Below are positions 1-8,100 of a stretch of DNA of 26,717 bases, piece by piece (within the stretch, counting starts at the first letter, position 1; each line of letters starts with the position of its first letter). The notes beneath the pieces were generated by a model. That model had not been told where the DNA came from. It searched no databases and saw nothing but the letters and a program-made list of their open reading frames with translations. This DNA is from a virus (lineage: Duplodnaviria; Caudoviricetes). Position numbers and translations under genes: made by a program. The stretch spans positions 1 to 26,717 of the IMG/VR virus record IMGVR_UViG_3300044676_005681. One strand, 5' to 3'.

Positions 1-1103
1 GAGATTATCTTTGGGATAATATGACACCATTTAGTAAATTTATGGAAGAACGTCCTAATGATACAGGAGTAAGTCAATACCATTTTAATACTAAAAAGTT
101 AAATGACTTCTTAACAAGAAAAACACAAGAGATGGGGTGTAATGTTATTGACGATGAAATTACAGATGTAATTGTTACTGAATCAAATAATGTTGATTAT
201 ATATCAAGTGAAACAGAACGTTACAAATATGATTTCTATATTGATTGCACAGGATTTTCTAAGTTATTAATTGGAAAACTTGGAGCAGAATGGCAAAGTT
301 ATAGTAAGTATCTTAAAATGAAAGAAGCCATTGTATTTCCTACTCCTGAAGAAGATGAAATACCGTTATGGACACTTGCAAAAGCAATGAATGCTGGTTG
401 GTTGTTTCGTATTCCTGTACAAGGACGCAAAGGTAATGGATATATTTTTGATAGCGACTTTATTACAGCAGAAGAAGCACAGCGTGAAGCAGAATCCTAT
501 CTAGGACACGGTGTTGAAGTTGCAAAAAATATTAAATTTGATCCAGGCGCATTAGATCGTCCGTGGATAGGTAATGTATGTGCCATTGGGCTTAGTGCTA
601 GTTTTGTTGAACCATTAGAAGCAAGTTCGATCGGAACCAGCATTAATCAAAGTTTTTTATTAGCACAACGTATTATTAATTACAACAAAGATACTATTGA
701 CCGATATAATTTAGAGGTTGGTGCTATTATGGACAACATTAGAGACTTTATTGCTTTACATTATATTACTGAAAGAACTGATACACCTTTTTGGAAAGCA
801 GTATCACAAACACCTATACCAGATAGTTTAGATAAAAATTTGCGTATGTGGAAACAACGCATGCCAACAGTTGATGATATGACATCTTACACTAAGAAAG
901 TTTTGTTTAACGAATATAATTATGCTATAGTAATGCATGGTTTAGGTTTATTTAATAACGAAAGTATCTTAAAACAATATGAGATGATGCCTGAAGGTGC
1001 AAAACAACACGTTGAAAATTCTATACAACACAAACTTCAGTTTGATCAATCAAAAACTATACCGCACAAATTAATGTTACAATTACTGCGGAGACTAACA
1101 TGA
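1..1103 (+). CDS. Flavin-dependent halogenase (tryptophan halogenase/PrnA-like), 5'-truncated by the window edge
   Basis: The frame is open upstream of the ATG at 21 (DYLWDN-M), so the gene starts before the window. Motifs: YHF, YDFYIDCTGF, GWLFRIP (WxWxIP-like), AIGLSASFVEPLEASSIG, IRDFIALHY...DTPFW. Confidence 0.88.
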   Translation, partial: DYLWDNMTPFSKFMEERPNDTGVSQYHFNTKKLNDFLTRKTQEMGCNVIDDEITDVIVTESNNVDYISSETERYKYDFYIDCTGFSKLLIGKLGAEWQSYSKYLKMKEAIVFPTPEEDEIPLWTLAKAMNAGWLFRIPVQGRKGNGYIFDSDFITAEEAQREAESYLGHGVEVAKNIKFDPGALDRPWIGNVCAIGLSASFVEPLEASSIGTSINQSFLLAQRIINYNKDTIDRYNLEVGAIMDNIRDFIALHYITERTDTPFWKAVSQTPIPDSLDKNLRMWKQRMPTVDDMTSYTKKVLFNEYNYAIVMHGLGLFNNESILKQYEMMPEGAKQHVENSIQHKLQFDQSKTIPHKLMLQLLRRLT

Positions 1104-1963
1104 GAATATTTGCATTTGGTTGCAGTCTGACACAATATTTTTATCCTACATGGGCAGATATCTTAATACATCAGTATAAGTCACAAGGTTACGAAGGTTC
1201 TAATTGGGCTAAGAGTGGTGCAGGTAATCAATACATTAACATGCGTTTGTGGGAAGCAAACACAATTCATAAGTTTAACAAAGACGATGTAATCTTATTA
1301 CAATGGTCTAGTATGTTCCGTGAAGATAGGTATCACATGGGTAAGGGTTGGTGGACCCCAGGTAACTTTAGTCGTTTTACTTTATCTGGAGATTATACAT
1401 TTATTTTAAACAATTACAAATATGAGTCTGCTTGGGTATGGGCTGATATTATGCATTGTACAATGCGTGACTGTGCTATGATATCTGCTACACATAAAGC
1501 ATTAGAAAATATTGGCTGTAAAGTTTATTCTACAAGTTTTAGAGATCCATTTGAAGGTTGGGAAGAAGCACCTAAAGAATTTAACCAAAAAAATCCAAAA
1601 TTAGAACTAGAAGATGTTGGAGCAGTACTTGAAGCATATAAAGATGATATAAAAACATCTTGTCCACCAATACTAAACGCACTTAATTTTGGAATTGACG
1701 AAGAATTTTTTAATACTAGACCTAAGAGTGTTCCTAGTAAGAAACCAGAACACGAACATATGCTTTTGCCAGAACTTCATCCGTTAACACACGAAGCGGC
1801 TGAGTTTGTAGAAACATATGTAGCAAAACTCCTACCTGAAACAAAGGAATTTGTAGAGAATTGGAAAGAGCAACTAACAAATAAAGATCCTATTTACTTA
1901 GATCAATGTAAATGGTTTAATTCAGATAAAATAGGATGGTCAGATGATAGATGGAGACCTTAA
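1100..1963 (+). CDS. SGNH/GDSL hydrolase-like protein (possible esterase/acyltransferase)
   Basis: N-terminal IFAFGCSLT (block I-like), NWAKSGAGNQYI (block II-like) and C-terminal ELHP (block V-like). ATGA overlap with the halogenase stop; GGAG Shine-Dalgarno upstream. Confidence 0.55.
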   Translation: MRIFAFGCSLTQYFYPTWADILIHQYKSQGYEGSNWAKSGAGNQYINMRLWEANTIHKFNKDDVILLQWSSMFREDRYHMGKGWWTPGNFSRFTLSGDYTFILNNYKYESAWVWADIMHCTMRDCAMISATHKALENIGCKVYSTSFRDPFEGWEEAPKEFNQKNPKLELEDVGAVLEAYKDDIKTSCPPILNALNFGIDEEFFNTRPKSVPSKKPEHEHMLLPELHPLTHEAAEFVETYVAKLLPETKEFVENWKEQLTNKDPIYLDQCKWFNSDKIGWSDDRWRP

Positions 1964-1964
1964 T

Positions 1965-2528
1965 ATGAGTACACCTGTAATTGGATTAGATAGAGATGGT
2001 ACTATTAACGAAGATATTGGTGACTATGTTACTAAGCCTGAGCAGTTTAAACCTATTCCAGGCAGTTTAGAAGCTGTTAAGATGATACGTGACAAAGGAT
2101 ACGATGTTGTTATACTTACTAACCAAGCAGGCATAGTTAAAGGTATATGCGATGAAGTAGATGTAGATGTAGTACACAATCATATGCTTAAATTATTAGG
2201 CGAGATTGGCTGTAAAAGCATTAACGGCTTATACTATGCAACTACTAATTTTAAAGATGATGTGTATGCTAAGCCAAATATAGGTATGTTTAAAAGAGCA
2301 TCAGCCGAAATTGGGGTTAATTGGAAAAATGGCGTATATGTAGGCGATAAAATTAGTGATCTTAAAGCGGCTATAAAAGCAAAAGCAAAGCCTGTATTAG
2401 TACGTACAGGTCATGGTGTTGAAACAAGCAAAAAATTAAACACGTTTGCTAATAAAGATCTAAAAAAACAAACAGAAACATTCGATAATCTTAGCCAGTT
2501 TGCTCATAGCCTAGTAGATTTAACATAA
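1965..2528 (+). CDS. gmhB: D,D-heptose 1,7-bisphosphate phosphatase (HAD family IIIA)
   Basis: GLDRDGTINED (DxD), LTNQAGI, KPNIGM and YVGDKISD, plus VLVRTGHG. Start moved from 1944 to the ATG at 1965, which has GGAG at 1953-1956 and lies 1 nt after the upstream stop. Confidence 0.85.
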   Translation: MSTPVIGLDRDGTINEDIGDYVTKPEQFKPIPGSLEAVKMIRDKGYDVVILTNQAGIVKGICDEVDVDVVHNHMLKLLGEIGCKSINGLYYATTNFKDDVYAKPNIGMFKRASAEIGVNWKNGVYVGDKISDLKAAIKAKAKPVLVRTGHGVETSKKLNTFANKDLKKQTETFDNLSQFAHSLVDLT

Positions 2529-2556
2529 ATTGTACTGTTACATATCTTTGTAAAAC

Positions 2557-2565
2557 GATAAATAC
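2557..2565 (+). promoter_or_regulatory. T4-type late promoter (GATAAATAC)
   Basis: Intergenic match to the TATAAATA late consensus (7/8), at the head of the structural gene block. Confidence 0.65.
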
Positions 2566-2582
2566 AATATGGAGCATGAACA

Positions 2583-3095
2583 ATGAATAAACTTCTGACA
2601 AATCTTTTCAGCAAAGGACCCAATAATACAATTAGTCTGCCAGACAGATCTAGTTTTAGCTACAGAGGTAGCTGGATAGGTGTACAGTATAATACTGTAG
2701 TAGACTCGTTTCATGTAGGCGAATTTAGCAGTGCAGTATATCAAATTACAGTAGAATTTGACTCAAACGAAAAAGAAATTATGCAACTTTCAGTAGTTGC
2801 AAGACCAGACAGAGCTGTTGCTAGTATCTTTGGACGTTCGAGTATTAATCAAGAATTAGTTAACTTATCTGTAACAGTAGATCAAAGTGTTTGCAAAATT
2901 AATGCAAGCCCTACTTCAAATATATATGCAGGAGCGAAGCTAATTTTCCATGCTACGTATGCAAAAGCAATACATCAGCTAACTCCTCCAGCTATAGTCG
3001 CAGAGACATCCAGTGTGGAGTCAGATGGTATAAATACTTTTGATGCAACAAATACGTATTTCGATAATACAAACATAACATTTGATAAGGTGTAA
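2583..3095 (+). CDS. Hypothetical virion-associated protein
   Basis: 170-aa beta-rich ORF behind a late promoter motif, with GGAG at 2571-2574. It ends in a triple FD repeat (TFDATNTYFDNTNITFDKV). Confidence 0.6.
   Translation: MNKLLTNLFSKGPNNTISLPDRSSFSYRGSWIGVQYNTVVDSFHVGEFSSAVYQITVEFDSNEKEIMQLSVVARPDRAVASIFGRSSINQELVNLSVTVDQSVCKINASPTSNIYAGAKLIFHATYAKAIHQLTPPAIVAETSSVESDGINTFDATNTYFDNTNITFDKV
3029..3041 (+). promoter_or_regulatory. Putative internal late promoter (TATAAATACTTTT)
   Basis: Perfect TATAAATA about 60 nt upstream of the ATG at 3099. The same 13-mer precedes the tail sheath gene (21396-21408). Confidence 0.5.
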
Positions 3096-3098
3096 GGA

Positions 3099-4577
3099 AT
3101 GGCAAAATCAACAATTAACTTAGGTACAGCCGCAAATGACGGTACTGGTGATAGTCTTAGAGCAGGTGCTACTAAGGTTAATGCTAACGTCGATGAGCTG
3201 TATAGTGCGTTAGGCGACGGCACAAACATTAAAGACATTGTGAACTCAAGTTTAGAACTTGATGTTCCAAACGATGATAACAAAATTAACAAAGTAGCAT
3301 TTCATGCTTCAACTTTGAACCAAATGAATGCAATTAGCACAAGCACATATCATGGTGCAATGCTTCACGTTCATGAAGGTGGAACAGTTTATGTTGCACA
3401 CTCAGGAGCATGGCGTAAATTATTATTAGATGCAAGTGCAGGAGCCATTACAAATTACACTGACCCACTTAAATCTGTTGCATACATAGGAAATATTAAT
3501 AGTTTATCAGATGTTGATACTACTAGCCAAGCACCACAAGCTGGTAACGTTCTAAAATGGGACGGTGCTAAATGGGCTCCTGGTACAGACGTTGCAACTG
3601 GCGGTGGCGGCACTGATGCAGATACACTGGACGGATTTGATAGTTCATACTTTACAAACTATAATAACTTAAACAACAAGCCAACTATTCCAACATCAAT
3701 TACTGATTTAAGTATTGTTGACGGTTCAAGTGGACAATATTTAAAAGCAAACGGTAACGGAACATTTGAGTTTGTTACACCAGCGGCAGGTGGATTACAA
3801 AATATTTTCCAAACAGTTGATGCTGACACTGGTACAACTACAGCAAATTCACAAACAGATACATTAACAGTTGCAGGTGGTACAAACATTACAACTAGTA
3901 TCGTTGGAGACACTGTAACAATTAACTACAGTGGCGATGCATTAAGTGGAGAAGCTAACCAAAACGCATTTAGTAACGTACAAGCAGATACTGGATTAGC
4001 AGAAGCTGATAGTAAAACTGATACACTAACTATTGCAGGTGGTACAAACATTACTACATCAGTTGCAGGAGATACTGTAACAATTAATGGTACAGTACCA
4101 ACGTTTGCAAGTTTAACTGATACAGATTTAACAGGAGCGGCAACAGGTAACGTACTTGTATATAATGGAACTAACTGGGTAGACTCAGGCGCAACATTAG
4201 ATGAAATTGCGTATCCTGCAATTACAACTCTTGTTGTTACAGCAGATTCAAGTAACGGATATAAATTTGATCAGTATGGTAATACAGAAGATCCAACAAT
4301 TTATGCTTTATCAGGAGCAACTATTGCATTTAAATTATCTAACCTATCAAGTCATCCATTCCAAATTGAAACAAGTGGCGGATCACAATACGATAACGGA
4401 TTAGTACACGTAGCATTAGACGGAACACAAACAACAGGATCGTCAGCACAAGGTAAAACAAGTGGTACACTATATTGGAAAATTCCTTCAAACATAAGCG
4501 GAAACTATCAATATGTTTGTACAGTTCATAGTGCAATGCAAGGTACTATTACAATTAAACAGATAAGTGCAATTTAA
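3099..4577 (+). CDS. Baseplate/tail-fibre protein with a T4 gp9/gp10-like N-terminus and a C-terminal cupredoxin-like domain
   Basis: The N-terminus INLGTAANDGTGDSLRAGATKVNANVDELY is typical of gp9/gp10-type proteins. Two L-D-x-D...GNVL-x-(W/Y)-x-G-xx-W fibre modules follow. The C-terminus reads HPFQI...YVCTVHSAMQGTITI. Confidence 0.72.
   Translation: MAKSTINLGTAANDGTGDSLRAGATKVNANVDELYSALGDGTNIKDIVNSSLELDVPNDDNKINKVAFHASTLNQMNAISTSTYHGAMLHVHEGGTVYVAHSGAWRKLLLDASAGAITNYTDPLKSVAYIGNINSLSDVDTTSQAPQAGNVLKWDGAKWAPGTDVATGGGGTDADTLDGFDSSYFTNYNNLNNKPTIPTSITDLSIVDGSSGQYLKANGNGTFEFVTPAAGGLQNIFQTVDADTGTTTANSQTDTLTVAGGTNITTSIVGDTVTINYSGDALSGEANQNAFSNVQADTGLAEADSKTDTLTIAGGTNITTSVAGDTVTINGTVPTFASLTDTDLTGAATGNVLVYNGTNWVDSGATLDEIAYPAITTLVVTADSSNGYKFDQYGNTEDPTIYALSGATIAFKLSNLSSHPFQIETSGGSQYDNGLVHVALDGTQTTGSSAQGKTSGTLYWKIPSNISGNYQYVCTVHSAMQGTITIKQISAI
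3805..4092 (+). repeat. Tandem intragenic duplication, 162-nt (54-aa) period
   Basis: FQTVDADTG...TDTLTVAGGTNITTSIVGDTVTIN vs FSNVQADTG...TDTLTIAGGTNITTSVAGDTVTIN. The identical 22-mer ttgcaggtggtacaaacattac occurs at 3871-3892 and 4033-4054. Confidence 0.85.
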
Positions 4578-4591
4578 GGAAGCAGAAGTAA

Positions 4592-5146
4592 ATGGCAACA
4601 ATAAACGATAAATTCCAAGCACAAAACGGATTTGAAAGTCCAAACTTTACAGTTGATGCAACGGGTAAATTAACTGCCCCGATCATTGACGTTCAAAGTA
4701 TTTTGCTTAATGGAACACCATTCGTAGCATATGTTCCTCCAGCAGATGATGCAGGTGACGACACAGGTACACAGGTATCAAACAGTTTTGAAAGTCTTGC
4801 TGTAACAGGCGGAATTTTCAAAGTTAACTACTTAGGTAATACAGCATTATCAGTAATCAACGGTAGACTAACAATTAACAGCATTAGTGCTATCCCAGGT
4901 AGTATTGACAATGTAGAAATTGGATATAATACTCCATCACAGATTAGAGTACATACAATTGACATGGCGGCTAATCCGGATAGTACAGCATCGACTATAA
5001 ATATGAATGGTGCATCAGTAAAAGGCGATGTAAATATCGCAAACAACGTGGTACTAACTAATCAGCCTACTGTAGGCACCCACGCAACAAGTAAAGGTTA
5101 TGTAGACGCAACGGCAACAGCTTTAGCGGTAGCATTTGGAGCATAG
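4592..5146 (+). CDS. Putative virion structural/fibre-associated protein
   Basis: 184 aa within the structural block. The C-terminal HATSKGYVD resembles the (T/S)KxYVD phage fibre motif and is followed by a hydrophobic ALAVAFGA end. Confidence 0.6.
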   Translation: MATINDKFQAQNGFESPNFTVDATGKLTAPIIDVQSILLNGTPFVAYVPPADDAGDDTGTQVSNSFESLAVTGGIFKVNYLGNTALSVINGRLTINSISAIPGSIDNVEIGYNTPSQIRVHTIDMAANPDSTASTINMNGASVKGDVNIANNVVLTNQPTVGTHATSKGYVDATATALAVAFGA

Positions 5147-5149
5147 AGA

Positions 5150-8100
5150 ATGGCTAAGAAAAAGATTTATAATTACAAGTTTTACCCGGGATTAGGATTA
5201 AACGATAATACATATCCAAATGCATGGGCACTACTTACAACTAACAAAGATTTTATTAAGAAAGAAGTTGCGGCATGGATTGCTCAACAAGTTGCAGATA
5301 ATGCAACTGGCTTTGTTGGTTATACATATGATTCAGCAAGATGCGAAAGAGATACAGGTTTTAATATTGACGCTTGGTCACATGACTTAAGATACACAGG
5401 TAACGAAGAAACAACAAGAATTTCAAAAACATATTGGGAACAAGATGTTGCACAAGTTGACGGCGATAGACAAGCAGAAATATTAGCAAAAGCATTCACA
5501 CGTGACCTAATTATAAATCACGTATTCAATAATAGTCCACAGTCAACACCATACCAAGGAAATGTTGCACAAGTAACAAATAGTAATAACGCCGAACCCG
5601 CGGCAGGTACAGTAATACAAACACTTTCAGGTATTGTTATTGACGTATTAACAACTGGTACAAGTGCATTACCAACATTTGTGCGTAAAGGCCTAGGACA
5701 TGTTAGATTCCAAGGTAACTATGACGCTAGTGATTTATTAATTGTAACTAATACAACTAAAACAGAAGTTATCTACAACTTTACAGATGCACTTAAAGGT
5801 GGTAAAGTAACAAGAGTAGATGATGTTACACCAAGAGATTCAAGTGGATATGTACCTAAGTATGATAGTGTTTCGTCTAATGAAAATGCAGATGCTGACT
5901 TTCCTAAGTACTTACAAACAACAGACGCTGTTACAATATTAGATTTAACACATAATACATCAGGACATTCAGAAACAGACGAATTACAAATCTTTATTGA
6001 TTCACCAGAGCAAAGAACAAGACCATATGATTTTGGTACAGATGCTATTGAACGTATGCGTATTGCTCCTCCTTTAAGTATGCTTGATGCTGACTTTGAG
6101 TACGGACTACAGCCTACCAAATGGTCAGCTATTGGTATGATGCGTGGATATCCAAGTGTGTATGAATTACCAGGAACTGAAACACAAGTACTAAGTGTTG
6201 TTACAGATGCTTCAGCTGGAACATCAGGAATTGGTGCTTCTAAAATTACAGTTACTACATTAGGAGCTCACGGGTTTGAAGCAGGAACTCCAATAACAAT
6301 TAAGGCATTAGAAGACGCAGTTGTTGGCGCGGCGAGAGCTGAAGGTTCATTTATTATTGACGATATTCCAACTAACACTACATTTACATTTTATGCAAAA
6401 GCAAAAGTTGGTACAACAAATGGTGATGTACTTTCAACAACTTATACACAGCTAAGACAAGGTGCATTCTATACTGGAGCAAGTGTTGGACAGCCATTGT
6501 TCACAGTGTTCAGTAATGGTACAAATGGTACTATGAATCTAAGTTTAGCGGCACAAGTTAGCGAAAACAGATTAGCATTTACAGGCAATATACCAGAAAT
6601 TGGTGCACCGATTGTTAATGCGGCATTCCCAACAGGAACACAGGTTACTGCTATTGCAAGTACACCAGGCGGAACAGCATTACCACTAAATTTAACACAA
6701 GATATTAATATCGGAAATACAGATATTGAAGTTTCAAGTACAACAGGTATTGTAGTTGGTCAAGCGGCTGACAACGGTAGCGGAGATGCTATCTTTGTTA
6801 ACAATATTGCTGGAACTACAATTAGTATGAGTGGTTCATTTACAAGTGCAATTACAAGAAACACAGAAACTTATACAGGTGTAACAGGAACAATTACAGC
6901 ACCTGTAGGCACAAATGCAGAATTTACAATTTCAAGAACAGGTGTTAATTACGCAGTTGACACAGTATCACAAGCAGGTTCAGGATACAAAGCAGGTGAC
7001 AGACTATTAGTTACAGGTGATAACTTAGGTGGTACTACACCGGCAAATGACGCAACACTTACAGTTACAACAGTTAACGGTACAGGCGGCATAACAGCCG
7101 CAAATATTAGTGGAACTGCACTAAGTGGAACTATTACATACACAGGACCAGCAAGTACATTAACACAAAATGGTGGTTCAATTGGAACAACTAACTTTGA
7201 TATTTCTTATGCAAGTGGCGGCTATACAACAGTTGATATTAACTCACCAAACGACACAACAGGATATGCAGTAGGTGATAGACTCAGAATTACAGGTTCA
7301 CAGTTATTAGGTGGAGTTGGCCAAGACGGCAATCAAGCCGCGGCTGGAAATGACTTTGTTGGTAGAGTAACAGCAGTTGGTGCTGGCGGATCAATTACAA
7401 CTATTGTTCCGGATACTGGATGGTCAGTTGGTACTCCACCTAGTCAAACAAGAAGTTATAGTTTTGGCGGTTCAAACTTATCATACACAGGTGGAACAGG
7501 TACAGGATTTGAATTTAGTATAAATGTAAACGGTACAACGTATACATGGCAAGGAGCAGGTACACCAGGTACAGGTTATACAACAGCAGATACGATTGTT
7601 TGTGCTGGTAGTAACATGGGCGGAGCAAGTCCTGCTAACGATTTATATTTAAGAGTAGTTGCAGTTGACGGCGCAGGCGGAATTATTGATGTTAGAGTTG
7701 AAGGATCAGATGAATCATCTGTACCAGTAGCATTTAATGGTGGCACGTTTGAAGGTAAAACCTTAGCAGACTTAGTTGGCTCAAGTGCAACATTTAACAT
7801 AACAAACGATGGAACAAATTTTGGGGTAGTAGTTACAGCAAATGGTACAGACTATCATGTTGGTCAAACTTATGTAGTAGCAGGTAATTTAATTGGGGGA
7901 TCAACTCCAGCTAATGATTGTACTATTACAATTGATAGTGTAAACGGTACAACAGGTGCTATTGCAACAGTAAGTGTTTCAGGTAGTGCTCCGGCATTAC
8001 CAACAGTGTTCTCAGGACAAACTGGCACTAACGTAGCACACGCAGGTACAAGTGGAACATTTAATATTACAAGAACATCTGGCACGTACAGTGTTGTTAT

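Noticed and set aside
3805-4092. Direct repeats considered as a CRISPR array or a DGR template/variable pair
   Set aside because: There are only two in-frame coding copies, the differences are not adenine-specific, and no reverse transcriptase or cas gene is present.
4996-5003. Perfect TATAAATA inside the 184-aa ORF, about 150 nt upstream of the 1979-aa gene
   Set aside because: It could be an internal late promoter, but a few chance matches are expected in AT-rich DNA and nothing else supports it.
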